DNA of 64,000 nt from Octopus vulgaris (Eukaryota), in contig OX597821.1 in assembly GCA_951406725.2 (NCBI GenBank), positions 82,522,001 through 82,586,000 on the forward strand. Direction: 5' to 3'. The notes beneath the pieces are model-generated. The model saw nothing but the letters and a program-made list of their open reading frames with translations, was not told the DNA's origin and ran no database searches. The first letter of the stretch is position 1, and every line of letters begins with the position of its first letter. Both the position numbers and the translations under genes were made by a program. Shown in pieces: positions 26,871 to 40,130 of the stretch.

Positions 26871-29251
26871 ATATTATTATTATTATTACTGTAATTAATA
26901 AAAGTATCTAAGATAATAATGGTTTCTAACATTCATCAAAATAAGATAGATTTCACTTTTATGCCTTTTTTTTATTTGGTCTTTTTCTCCACCTGGTGGG
27001 CATTAGTAACATAAATGAAATATCCTTGATTAGAAAGAGAAGCCAAATTCTTTACTTGGTACACCGAGGATGCCAACAAATAATAACATTAATAATACCA
27101 ATAGAAATAATAATAATGATAATAATGGTTTCAAAATTTGGCACAAAGCCAGCAATTTTAGTAGGAGGGGACAAGTTGATAACACTGACCCCAGTTCTTG
27201 ACTGGTCTTTATTGATATTGAAAGATTAATAGGCAAAAGTTACCTCAGTGGTATTTGAACACAGAATATAAAGAGCTGAAAGAAATGCCACTATGCCTTT
27301 TGTTCAACACATTACCGGTTCTACCAGCCCAGCACTTTAATAATAATAATCCTTTTTACTATAGGCACAAGGCCTGAAATTTGGGGGGAGGGGACCAGTC
27401 AATTACATTGACCCCAGTGTTTCACTAGTACTTAGTTTATTGACCCTGAAAGGATGAAAGGTTACGTTGACCTCGGCAGAATTTGAATAATAATAATAAT
27501 CAAAATAATCCTTTCTTCTATAGGCACTAGGCCTGATATTTTGGGGGAGAGGCTGGTTGATTACATCAACCCCAGTACTCAACTGGTACTTATTTCATCA
27601 ACCCTGAAAGGATGAAAAGCAAAGTCAGCCTCGATGGAATTTGAATTCAGGACGTGAAAACCGCTGAGTGTTTTGTTCAGCATGCTAACTATTCTGCTAG
27701 CTCACCACCTTACTAAAAATAATAATACAATGTAAATGCATTTTGATAATTAGATACTTCGAAAAAGTACATGTGACTGAAAAGACAATTTATAATAAAC
27801 AGTTGACGTTAAAAATATAATAATAAAAGCAATATAAGTAAGCAATGCTGAGTAAGGTTGACAAAAAAGGTTTTAAAAAAATCTGAAAACACCATACAGT
27901 GCAGTGTAATGTGAAACATAGTGTAATGTTGTGCAGAGCAGTGTTATGTAATGCTATGTAAGGTGATGTGGTGTAGTTTTGTAGGTCCTGGTCAGTCCTG
28001 CCCAAGTAGACTTATAACCAAAGGTGTTCAAGCTATGATCATACAATCCGATGTGCTCTTCTTTCTTAAAAGGTATGCTGTGATTTGGGAGAATATAGCA
28101 TCTCTTTCTAACAAGTTGCTTAACCACACAGGGCACCCTGCGTGGTGTGGTGTGATGGGGTGGGTGACAACAAAGATGTCAGGTGTTGGTTTACTGTGAA
28201 CAACAGAAACAGCCTTTACAACTTTTCTGTTTTGAAGAGAAGGATATTAATACTACAGTTGAAGTATGAATAATTAACTTGCATCATCGACCAATTGATA
28301 GTACAATAACAATCATCACCACCACCAAAACAACAGCAACTAGTCTTACCAATACCAACATTCCTATAACCTGCCTAGCATCATCAAACCACTGCAATAA
28401 CCCTAACCCAATCACTACAATAATAACAGCCTTTGCTGCCATTCCTATCATAACCATCCCACCACCACAACTATCATACCCACATTTACCACCACCAGCC
28501 TCAACATTGCATCTACTATCATCCCTATCTAACTACCCATACCATTGTCACTATAATTAGCATCCTGGTGCCATCACTATGATCAGATTCTCTTTCACCA
28601 AATGCTTCCCATTGACTCCTCAAAGAGATTTACTAAAATCCATACATGAAGTTCCTCTTTGACTAATCTAAACTTAGTTCCCCCCAGGTAATATTCCTTG
28701 AGTTGTTGACTTTCTAGATAGAATTCTCAGATAGAAAAACAATAATAATAATAATAATAATAATAAAAAGAGAAAATGTTATTAGATGAAGCAGATCCCA
28801 GAAATCCCATGCACACATGAAAGTGGAGAGTGATGGCTGTGGTGACAACTGATGAAAACGTAATAGTTGATGGGAATGTATTAAAAAGATCCCTGCCTGT
28901 CAAAAAAAGGGGGAAAAAAATAGGGGGCTTGTGTAGATGAATTGTTGTTCAAATTTTGAATGTGTGTGAAATACTAAATGATGTGATTGAGAGTCTGTTG
29001 AGTTTGAGGAGTGAATGAGAAGCTTGGCCCAAGTGAAATTTAAGGATATTAATAACATGTTTGAGCAAAGCCAAGATTAATGAATTAAGGAGGAAGTCAA
29101 GTTTACAGAGCTTAACGACAGTTTAGCAGGAGTGTTATATCCAAATTCTAACACAGTCACCACAATACTGTGCAAAACTCTTGTCTTACATTGGAATAAA
29201 GCTAGAATTTTGACAGGGAAGACAATATAGTTGACTGAATCAACAACAGCC

Positions 29252-29697
29252 ATATCCAGAAAGTTTGCCACAGGATTTTTGGCCGTAGGAAAGTTTGCTG
29301 CAAGACAATTTCACCAGAAAAAAAAAAAAAAGATGAATTGCTCCCTTGGTATATAATTGTTTCAACCAACCTATCTATTATATTATTATGGCAAAGCTAC
29401 AAGAGAGGGGGGCCAAAATAAAGCAATCTAAAAGATGATAATGCTTAAAAAAAAATTTTTTAAATCTGCTTAAATAAAAATACATTATAAATATGATAAC
29501 ATTTACAAAGAACAAAAAGAAAGCAAAAAACAGTTTATATAAAAAAACAATTTTTTTTCAGAGCTGCAATTTCTCTAAATCAGGTTTCTTGCTATATCTT
29601 TGAAATTATCTATATGGCGAAATTATCTTACGGCAAAATTTCCTATACTGTGAGTTTTCCTATGGCAAAAATGTTCATGGTGAATGTTCCTAGAACC
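29252..29697. mobile_element. MITE/foldback-like element with inverted subterminal repeat arrays
   Basis: Left units tttgcc(g/a)(t/c)agga; right units tcct/tctta(c/t)ggcaaa; AT-rich middle. Confidence 0.55.
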
Positions 29698-32600
29698 AAC
29701 AACAGTAAATAACTGGTATATTTTTGCTTATTAGTCCCTGGAAAAGACGGAAGTCAAAGTTGACCCTAACACTGGCTACTACTCTGCTGTCGCTACCATG
29801 AAAACTGCCTTCAATACTATATAATAACAATATCACATGTTTTGTAATTGATATTTTTTTTTAAACATGAAATCCACCGGATATGTTTTTGACATATAGC
29901 ATCAATCTGTGTGCATGGCTTTGAGCATATGTCAATATGTAGTTTTAAGGGTCTGTTAATCAGTGTGTTTGTGTACGTATTCTTGGGAGAAGTGGGTGGA
30001 ATCAACTTTCCCTTTGTGCAAGACTTTCTTCAGTTGCTGTCATCTTTACCATAGTTTCGTTGATAAGTATGTAAGTGATTATGAAAGACACACCATTGAA
30101 GGCTCTGCACCCAACAGAAGGAACCTTATCAGAAAGGTTCTGGGTTAGAATATGGGGAAAAACACAGCACCTAGTACCCTATGTTTGGGTGGACATCTCA
30201 ACTTCCCATAAAAAGAAAAAGACCCCAATACCATAATAGTAATTAATAGAAACTCCTGCTTACAAATATTGTATAACAGGTTGAAGCCACTAGATTAATA
30301 GAAAGCATCTGGCAATCTAACAAAACCCAAATATATGAAAGGCAATCTAACAAAACCCAAAAACAAAGTTATGGAATGTTTGTACTATTTAGGCAACACT
30401 GAAGACAGCTTTCTATGTTTTGTCATCCTCTCACTACAGTCACCAATGAGAGGAGATACAGGGTCAGCATATCTCATGAGTAAGCAAATACTGTTGGAGT
30501 AATTGCTGATCAAACAGGGACAGCAAACACAGATTTACATTCAGAAGAATCATCATCATCATCAGACACATGCATTAATGCATTCTCGATGGAGCTGGTC
30601 CCAATACTAAAAACAGTCCTTACAGGGACACTAATTGGCAAGAACAGGTGCGAATGAGTTAAGGAAAATGTGGGAAAACTATAGCAACAGTTAAGAACTT
30701 TTGTTCAAAGTGGTTATCTATTTTCTTTCTCAATATATTATGCAAATATAAACTTGTTTATATCAAATATTCTAGAAATTCAAATGCTTTTTATCCAATG
30801 ATATAATTGTCTGTGCTTCCATAATACAGCCAGCATTTCTTACATAAATAAAAAAATTATGCTGGAAAGAATAAATGGAAATCTGATATTCATCCTTTCT
30901 ACAAGTGTTGGTGACATAAACAAAATACTTACAAATTAAAATTGTGACCTTGGCAACAATAGAAAGTTTCACCGTTATTAATAACGCAACACAGCAAGGT
31001 AAACAATCTAAGATTCTGCATTAAGTGCAGTTCTCTATTCTTAGGTTCAAACAATGCAACAAAATGTCTTGCAAGATAAGAAGAACTGAAAGAAAAACAG
31101 ATAATTATTAAGTGCCATTGTTCTGCTTTACAATAATAATCATTATTTCTTTCACCTACTTTTGTACCAAGTTTTGCAAGCAAGTCAAATATAATGAATT
31201 GGTCAAATCCAATCCTCTTATTTCATCAACTGCTTCCAGGTAAACCTGACCCAGTTCTCGTTGAGACACTTAATACTATTGATAAGCCAACGCCCTTGAA
31301 AATAATATCACTACCATCATCATCATCATCATCGTCATAATAATAATGGTTTCAAATTTTGGCAGAAGGCCAGTAGTTTTTGAGGGGAGGGTAATGGTCG
31401 ATTGCATCGACCCCAGTACTTGACTAATACTTATTTTATCAACCCTGAAAGGATGAAAGGCAAAGTCGACCTTGGCAGAATTTGAATTTAGTGTGTAGAG
31501 ACGGATGAAATTCCACTAAGCATTTTGTCCTGCGTGCTAATGATTCTGCCAGCCCACTGCCCACCTTTTCTACAAATGAGAGAGAATGAGGTTGCAGGAA
31601 GTTCATGGAAGCTAACATTGAATTATGGACCTTAGTGTGCAGAATGCACTCAAGAACCTCTCTCTCTCTCTCAGTATATAAATATACATACCTATCTATC
31701 AGTCTGTCTCTCTTTCAATACCGATTTTCCCAAAGACACTTGTATTAAGATTTTCAGACTAAAATCTCGGTTGAAATCCTATTATTTCATTATTCCAAAT
31801 GTCCAGCAAGTACATAAATGCCTCTTATTCTGTAAGTTAATGGAATATACCAATAAATAAAATATCACACTCAAGTTTAACTCTGTCCAAACCATATTTC
31901 TAACTCAAAAACACACTGGTAAGATCTTTCAATTCATTTTCAAAATAATCAAAAATTTCAAAAGAGATCTAGTTGAAGAATAATTGTATTATTTATTAGT
32001 TATTTAACCTCCAAGTCAACCCTATACTCATCCCGGTATTTTAAAGGTATATCTAGAACAATATTATCTAATGTATGCTTTCTTTATTTAAGATGGCAAA
32101 GTTTGATTTCAGGAACATTTAGCTGTTATTTCTGGCCTTGGACTAGTGTATTTATAACTGTAGGCCTCATGAAAATATCACTGAACTTTTATCAAGTAAA
32201 ATACTGTGTTAGTGTTCATGAAATAATTATTTTTCAATATAGGCACAAGGCTTCATATTTAATGATATGTTTGTGTGTGACTAAATTGACAGGTACTTTA
32301 TTTTATTAACTCTAAGAAGATGAAAAGCAAAGCTGATCTAGACAGGATTTGAACTCAGAACATAAAGAGTCAGAAGAAGTACAATGAGGTATTTTTCCAA
32401 TGCTCTAATGACTTCCCCAGTCCCCTGCCCCTAGTGGCCGGATTAAAATATATTTTACTATGAATTTTTTAACATGTATATTTAGTGAATAAAATAGAAC
32501 TAAGGGCAGTCTTGTAACTATACTAAGATCAAACGATACAGTTTACTGACACTTGCTTCACATACCAATAAACACTAGCTTGGAATATCGAATAACTTTT

Positions 32601-33296
32601 TAATATAGCAATAAATATATTAATAGTTATCGCCATACTAATATGGCAGTCTTATAAATATAAGACTAAAGCTGTCGCTGATTAGCTCCAAGAGGCCACC
32701 GCCTCAAGCTAGCTATTTGACACACGAACCTGCGTCCATTACTATTAATTTCCAGTAACGCTACCGTAATCTCCTTTAGAGAGACTTAGTAATTTTAATA
32801 TTTCTATTAATAAATATATTACAATTAATTAACTAAACTCCTCTAAATTCTTGATTATTTTGAAAATTAATTGTAACATAAGTCAGTGCTTGTTAATAAT
32901 ATAGATGCCAAAGGTTTTCTGAAGTAAAGCCTTGTTTTGTTCATTATTTGAATATGTCACAAATAAGTGTAGGGAGTAACAAAATACTCCAACCGAGGCT
33001 GATAAAAAGGAAACACAAATCTAAAATAATCGGGGGTGGGGTGGAATAATTTCAAAAGTGGACAAATCAAAACATGTAAAATAGTACAACTTTTTGTCCA
33101 TAGAATGTTATAAATCCAGACATGGCCCAAACTTTCATACTCCTACTATCATGAAAAAATATGTATTGTATGTGTATATTTATGCATGTATGTATATATG
33201 TACAGATGTATATGTGTGTATATGTTAATATAGATGTGTATGTATGGTGTTTATCTTTTCTGTCAACAAGGTGAAACATGGTTTCATGTAAACTTT

Positions 33297-33397
33297 CTAA
33301 GATGGCAAGTTGATATTTTCTTCACGGTCAAGCATTTCCACGATTAAAGGTGAGTTCAGGTTGTGTACACTTTGATTGTTTAAGATGTGGATGGCAC
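33297..33397 (-). CDS. RAR: RAR-like nuclear receptor, last coding exon (H11-H12/AF-2, stop)
   Basis: Acceptor ttgcag; phase 1; (S)AIHILNNQSVHNLNSPLIVEMLDREENINLPS*; SPLIVEML resembles RAR AF-2 PPLIQEML; TAG at 33299-33297. Confidence 0.85.
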
Positions 33398-34932
33398 CTG
33401 CAATGAAGACAAAAGTACATCAGATATAATAGAGAAAAGAGGATGTCAGACCATGAATATATAAATCAATAACCCTTTACAGTTATAATTGCTAATAACA
33501 GTAATAATAATGGTTTCAAATTATGGCATACAGCTAGCAATTTTAGGGGAAGGGGTCAATCAATTACATTACAGATACTTATATTATCGACCTTTGAAAG
33601 GACGAAAGGCAAAGCTGACAATAGCAGCATTTGAACTCAGAACATAAAGCCATAAGAAATGTTGGTAAACATTTTGGCAGTAACAACAAGTCCTGGGTAG
33701 ATTTGACAAAGCCTAACGTTAGACTTTTAGCATTTAACCAGCCATATTCAACCAGTATATTTGTCCTGCTTTATGTTCAAACTGGTCAGATTTGGCCTAT
33801 CACACCTACCCAACAATGTCATCCTGGAAATAAAAAGTCACATCACTGAAATCTGAAAGCTACAAGATAAAGCCCGAGTAATGTGAATAAAGAAACCTTA
33901 CATCTAACAGAATAATCTGAATGCCAAGGGGTTACTAACACTGGTTTCTTATATTGGCACAAGGCCATAATTTAGAATGAGATAAGCAAACAGCAGTGGA
34001 CTTAAAAATCACTTTATGACTACGTACAGATATGAACAATCGACATTGTAAGAATGAAACTAAATTCTGTTAGCTGCATGCACATATATATATATATAGT
34101 TACAGCAATGTTTGCACAGGTTTACCTCATACAATTCACAGCTTTTGTTTTTTATTTCTCTTTACAATGCTCTAATCCACTTGCTCATGCAGTGTGACTA
34201 AATGTGAAACCATGAGGGTGAGAAGCAAACTTCTCCACTGCACAGCCATGCTTGCACCTACACATTTGTTGCTTTGTCTCAACACAGTCTTTATTCCTAA
34301 TAGTGGCTTTTTTTCAACAAAAACAATAACAATATTTAACAAAAATAACTTTAAATGACAGTCTGACCATCTGCCAAGCAAATGGGAAGCAGGAATTGAA
34401 GTAGATGGAGAATATGATCCGCAATAATCATTTAAAGATGTTTTTGTTACATGCTGTTATTGCTTTCGTTGAATAAAATTTGTTGAAAAAAAAACGCAAT
34501 AATTATGCACCAACCCAATAGGTTTCAAATTTTGGCACAAGACTAGCAGTTTTGGAGAATATGCCACTCAACTGGTGCTTATTTCATTGACCCTGAAAGG
34601 ATGATAGCCAAAGTCGCCCCTGGTGGCATTTGAACTCAGGACATACCTAATATAGCACACCATTTCAACATACTTATTCCCTCTGCAGCAAACACATTTA
34701 CTTGTCAAATTGTTACTGGTGTCATTTACAGAACTGTGGCCATGCTGGAACAATGCTGTCAAGGATTTTAGCCAATCATTATTGACCAGAACCTTTGCAG
34801 ACCTACCAAAAAATGGCTGATGTTGATGTGGTTGCTATTCAGCTAAAATATCAGTGTCTGCTACAAAAAAAAAGATGTGTGTGGTGGGTAGGGGATACGA
34901 AGTGCTTGACATGGGATCTAAGCAATGGTGTC

Positions 34933-35528
34933 TTAACCCTTTAACATTTAAATCAGCCATATTTGGCACAAATACTCTGTCTTATGTTCAAACCAGACAG
35001 ATCTGGCCTCTCACATGTATCCTACAATATCATTCTAAAAATACACATCATCATCATTTAACACCTGCTTTCCATGCTGGCATGGGTTAGACAGCTTGAC
35101 TGGAACTAGTAAACCAGAGTTACACCAGGTTCCAGTCTTAATTTAGCTTGGTTTTTATAGCTAGATGCCCTTCCTAACACCAACCACTATGAGAGTATAG
35201 AGGGTGCCCTTTATGTGCCAGCGGCATGGGTGCTTTTGTGTGTCACTGGCACGGATGCCATATCATGTCACCAGCACTGGCCATTGGTTTGACAAGCCTT
35301 CTCAAGCACAGCAAATCGCCAAAGGTTACATTCATTTGACATCGCCTCCACAAGGCCCCACTTTCAAGGATCGTGCTTCACCATCTCATCTTCCTAGGTC
35401 TACCTCTTCCACGGGTTCCCTCCACAGTTAGAGATCGTAAAGCTATGAGATAGTGAATGATTAATTCAAAACAATATGAATAAATCAGCATTATATTTGA
35501 TAAGGTAATTTGAATGCTAAAGAGTTAA
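34933..35528 (+). mobile_element. TTAA-flanked piggyBac-like MITE (family 2) interrupted by a minus-strand RTE 3' fragment (about 35045-35436)
   Basis: ttaaccctttaacatt...aatgctaaagagttaa ends; related copies at about 33720-33935, 40151-40330, 56651-56756 and 63728-63942. Confidence 0.7.
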
Positions 35529-36251
35529 GGTATGGACTCACTGGGCAGTTGCCCCACTCTTAGGGTGGGGGAGAATCTAGGGACAAATACTAATCTATGT
35601 CTGTCGTTGTGTGTGATAAGCTCCAGTACACTGCTTTAGCTGGTAGCTTATAAAGGCTATTAAAATGACCATGGGTCTAAACAGGGATGACAGGAGGAAG
35701 AGAGAAGGGTCAGTTAGTATATAGTTAGTTCAAAGGAACAGAGTCTAAAGTAGAAGTGATGAGAGAGAGAGAGAGAGAGAAGAAAGAACACTATGTGAAT
35801 GAGTGGTTGTGCTGTAGTCAGTAGGTTAGTAGGATTTTGCCAATCTGTTTGGTAGGCTTCAGTTGGACACGGCCTGAAGAGGTTTAGGTAGTAGTAGCAG
35901 CTTTCTGAAGGAAATGGTCTAATCTGGGGAAAATGTTCTGGTTCATTCAGTTCACAGTTTTGTAATTGGAAGGAAAATTTTGTTCATAAAGAGTGGTACA
36001 ATTAAGAACTGCTCATAATAAAGTCAGCAGCTTTATTATATATCATTATTACTCTTATATTGAATTTAAGGACCCTTGGTCTCATTCACGAAGTAATTCA
36101 ATAATTAAAATGATGAGGAAGATTACAGAAGGGGATAAATAAATAACTGAATGTGAAAATAGAAGCTGCAAAGCTACAAAAATGGAGAGATACATATGAA
36201 AAGAAAAACAACGACAAAAATAAAAAGGTATTTAGAAAGAGAGTAACTTAC

Positions 36252-36410
36252 TCTGCAAACTCAATGATCGAAGTGAAGTTAATTTCAAAAGGGTTTTTGG
36301 AAAGACATTAGGATCATGCTCATGATTTAAACGTGAATATTTCCTCAACAAATCAAGCAATGGACCTTGCAACTCTTCTACACGTTCTGGTTCATTCAAA
36401 TCACAGCGAT
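36252..36410 (-). CDS. RAR: RAR-like LBD exon (H9-H10), 159 nt
   Basis: ttttag|...|gtaagt, phase 1/1; (D)RCDLNEPERVEELQGPLLDLLRKYSRLNHEHDPNVFPKTLLKLTSLRSLSLQ aligns to RAR DRQDLEQPDRVDMLQEPLL...FPKMLMKITDLRSIS. Confidence 0.93.
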
Positions 36411-38562
36411 CTAAAACAGCAACAATAAAAATGGTCATAAATATAATTATAGAAATAAATAATGGTAGCTATAATCAGTACTGAATGGTTAAAAGCAGTT
36501 GAGTGCTGAACAAAGAGCCATGTTGTATCTAGTTACATTATTTTACATTCTTTCAGTTCAAATTCCACTAGGGTGAACTTTGGAGGGATGAAAAACAAAA
36601 TCAACTTTTGCAGAATTTGAAGTCCAAATGCAGGGGAACCAAAACTAAATGTTATAAGGTTTAGCATGCTACTAATTTTTAAATGTTAATATAAATAATC
36701 TCTAGGGCAGTGAGCCAGTAGAATCATTAGCAAGCCCACCAGGTGAAATTATAAGGGGCATTTCAGCTGACTTTACATTCTGAGTTCAAATTCCACCAAG
36801 GTCGACTTCACCTTTTATCCTTTTGGGATTGTTAAAATAAGTACCAGTCAAGTACTGGGGTCAATGCAATCAACTTATCCCCTCCCCAAAACTTGCTGGC
36901 CTTGTGCAAAATTTTGAAACCAGTATTAACACTTTCTAAGATAGGTACAAGGCCACAAGTTTTATGGGAGTGTAATTAGTACTTAGTTATACCTAGACAG
37001 ATGAAAAGTCAACCTTGTTAGGATTTTAACTCAAAATATAATGTAATGTGACTAAATCAAAGCATTTTGTCTGCCTCGCCACAAATCCTGCCTTCTGCAA
37101 CAGATAAAGGGCTTTGATAATAATTGCTTCTTAGATAAAGGCCAGTAATTTCAACAATGGAGATTAGTTGATTATATCAATCTCAGTAGTCGGTTGGTGT
37201 TTTACACACCTCAGAAGAATGAAAGGCAATACCGATAATGGTGGAATCTTATTGCAAAGAGTCATAATGAACTACAGTAAGGCATTTTCTCTAACAATTC
37301 TGCTACATCACTGCCCAAGTAATAATGATTTCAAATTTTGGCACAAGGCCAGCAATTTCAGGTGAAGGAGAGCATCAATAACATCAACTCCAGTGCTCAG
37401 CTGGTACTTATTTTATTGGCCCCAAAAGGGCCAATTAATCAAATTTATAACAATGATAATAAAGGCGATCTTAATAAGGATTTTTTTTTTAAACTTTGCT
37501 AAAACTTTATAAAAGAAAAACATTGCCACTTGAATGGACCTCTACACAAATGCCTGACATATTTTATCAAACCAGTAGAAATTTAAGGTAAAGTTAATCT
37601 CAACATGCATTCAGTTTGCAGCTGTTATCGCCATCTTCATAATCATCAATTATTATTTGACTAGTCATCATTCTTCAAGGCCAGAATAGGTTCCATATTG
37701 TATATAAGTTGTATACTAGTTAATGAGAATCACAGTCAAGTTGGTTGGATGCAGTTTGCTGGCCAGAATTGTCTCCCACTGATAGTGAGCTGTGTTCATG
37801 GCCGAAACTACGTAAATAATCACCATATGCTAGAAAAGTTTACCACTCAAAGTAGAATAAATGTGTCTCACTGACTTAGAGTGTTGAACTCAAACCTTAG
37901 AACACAACACAATTGTTGAACAATTGAGTCTGTTTACAAGGATGATAACTGCCATGATTCCTCCACAGAACCCAAATATTATTCACTTCATATCATTTTC
38001 TGGACTGGCTCTTGCTCACTCAAACTGTCACTGTTCCCACACTTCACTGATTATCCTAGCATATTTATAACAATAATTAATCCTGCCACTATTTTATTTT
38101 CCTAGCCAAACAGACCAGAGAAATAGTATATTTATATATAACAGAATCTGTGACATAAACACTCTAGAGACTAATCATATGAATTTCCTCCACTGCCCAA
38201 TATAACACCAACACCTGGCCCTTGGGTATCTTTGGCAAAGCCCATTCATTTGAGTCAGGACTCTGGTCTAAAGAAAACTTCCTATTCTCTCACCAATCTC
38301 AGAGACCCTCGAAAGGATCATAGAAATGTTTGCTCCTTTTCTAACAAAGCTTTTAAAAAAGAACTCATAATATGCTTATACAAGTGTAGACAACTCTTCC
38401 ATTGACCAATATCCAGTAGATTTCAACTTGCCACCACACAAACAGCCCCCCACCCCCGGCACATAAAGGTACAATATTCATATTGTAGGGTAGTTCTACT
38501 GTTTTACTAAATGGAGAGAGGGGTGGGGGGAAGAAAGTGATGCAAAATAAAAGAGCACTTAC

Positions 38563-38767
38563 CACCACTGACCAAAACCACATATGTCAATGTGGCCAGC
38601 TCTCTGTCATCAAGACCTAAATCTTTAAAATCTGCAGCAAATTTGAAGATGCTATTAGTGATTGTACTGAAGCCCATTTCATTGAAATCCTCCCTCGTTA
38701 GATAATCATCAGCTTCAAAGGCTATCACGTCTCGGTCGGCATCGTATCGATGTGACATACGTAAATA
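38563..38767 (-). CDS. RAR: RAR-like LBD exon (H5-H8), 205 nt
   Basis: ttccag|...|gtaagt, phase 0/1; YLRMSHRYDADRDVIAFEADDYLTREDFNEMGFSTITNSIFKFAADFKDLGLDDRELATLTYVVLVSG aligns without gaps to RAR ILRICTRY...GFGPLTDLVFAFA...CG. Confidence 0.93.
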
Positions 38768-39686
38768 CTGGAAAATAAATGCAAACTTCATTTTAAAATC
38801 ACATTGGCACAAATAAGCAAAAATAACAAAATAATAGGCAAAAAAGTTGCCGGCATGGCTGTGTGGTAAGAAGTTTGCTTCCCAAGTACATGGTTCCAGG
38901 TTCAGTCCCACAGTGTGGCACTTTAGGCAAGTGTTTTCTTCCATAACCTTGGGTTGACTTCTGCTATAATCTTGTGAGTGGATTTGGTAGATGGGAACTG
39001 AAAGAAGCCCATCATATACTTGTGTGTGTGTGTCACTTGACAAACGGTGTTGGTTTGTTTAAATCCCTGTAACTTAGCAGTTCAGCAAAAGACTCTGACA
39101 CACTAAAAAAAAATGTCCTGGGGTTGAGTCATTTGCTTAAAAGTTCTTCAAGGTGGTGCCCCAGCATGGCCACAGCAGCCTAGTGACTGAAACAAGTAAA
39201 AGAAGTAGGACTATATTTGGTGTGCAATCACTACTCATTCCACAACCCAAATGTGTTAATGGTTGGAGACAAAAGAATACACCTCTCATTTGTAGAGAGT
39301 GATCCATCTCAATTTCCACCCAATTTGCTAATCCTTCTGCTGAAATTTGTTTTTAATCATGTAAGATATTTTCAGTGCCCAGTAACCATTGGTTTTGACA
39401 AAGTTGAATGCACAGGTCATTAATCTGTGGTTCACATAGCTAATGACCTTAAACTGTGCACAACTTGTGTTAACCCTATTGGTTCACTTGCTCAAAAGGC
39501 AAACTGTACCCCAATAATGCATATATTAGTTTTTCAACAGAAAAAAAGAAAGAAAGAAAGAATGAAATGATGGGATACTTTTAGTGAAAAACAATAACAG
39601 AAGTGACAAACTTTTTTTTTTAGACACAAAGCAAATACCAATTTAATAACTTCAAAAACAATAATAATAACAATGGAAATAATTAC

Positions 39687-39839
39687 CATTATTTCTAGGC
39701 AAGCAGATTTGGTAAGAGTGACACGGTCTTTGATGTTTAAATCTTTGAATCCGGGTACTCTCTTGGAGAACTCAATAATCTTCAAAGCTGCTTCATTGGA
39801 AAAATCTATTATACTTTCCACTTTATTACTGAAAAGTTT
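39687..39839 (-). CDS. RAR: RAR-like LBD exon (H3-H5), 153 nt
   Basis: ctttttag|...|gtaatt, phase 0/0; KLFSNKVESIIDFSNEAALKIIEFSKRVPGFKDLNIKDRVTLTKSACLEIM contains the nuclear receptor signature (EFAKxLPGFxxLxxxDQITLLK). Confidence 0.9.
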
Positions 39840-39903
39840 CTAAAAAGAGAAATGAATAGGCATACACTTTAAAATAAGAAGTCGCATGTTGGGTTTGCAT
39901 GCT

Positions 39904-40130
39904 TTAACCGTTTTGTTACCATGTTCCTGTTAAAACACACTGCTTTTGTTTCAATTAATTTTGATAATGAAGAATTTGGTAAAATAACTGTCATTATTAA
40001 GCTGATGTTTGGAACATAAATTAACATGAGATTTTACTGGAAGGTTTTAATTTAGATCTCATTTTAAAATAAGAAGTTTGTAACATAGAATCAGGGACAG
40101 TCTCATGCAGGTTGGTATCAAATGGGTTAA
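39904..40130 (+). mobile_element. TTAA-flanked piggyBac-like MITE (family 1; other copies at about 42223-42458, 45085-45311, 23364-23590)
   Basis: ttaaccgttttgttacc...ggtatcaaatgggttaa termini and shared body. Confidence 0.75.

Larger units (their letters stand above)
20990..27720 (-). repeat. Cluster of more than ten co-oriented SINEs of about 200 bp (family B, Nin-domain-like core), linked by (AAT)n
   Basis: Repeated ggcacaaggcc...aaggatgaaaggcaaagtcgac...gaatttgaactcagaa...ctgccagctc units; the reverse complement gtcgactttgcctttcatcctttc resembles the Nin-SINE domain. Confidence 0.85.

Noticed and set aside
20990-27720. CRISPR-like repeated units
   Set aside because: Units are diverged SINEs of about 200 bp in eukaryotic DNA; no identical short repeats with unique spacers and no cas genes.
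30311-30361. Short tandem duplications (also about 21665-21780 and 57556-57605)
   Set aside because: Ordinary slippage duplications with no further structure.
37770-37820. CTGATAG...GAAACTACGTA hammerhead-like string
   Set aside because: Core is not CUGANGA and no convincing stems I or II.
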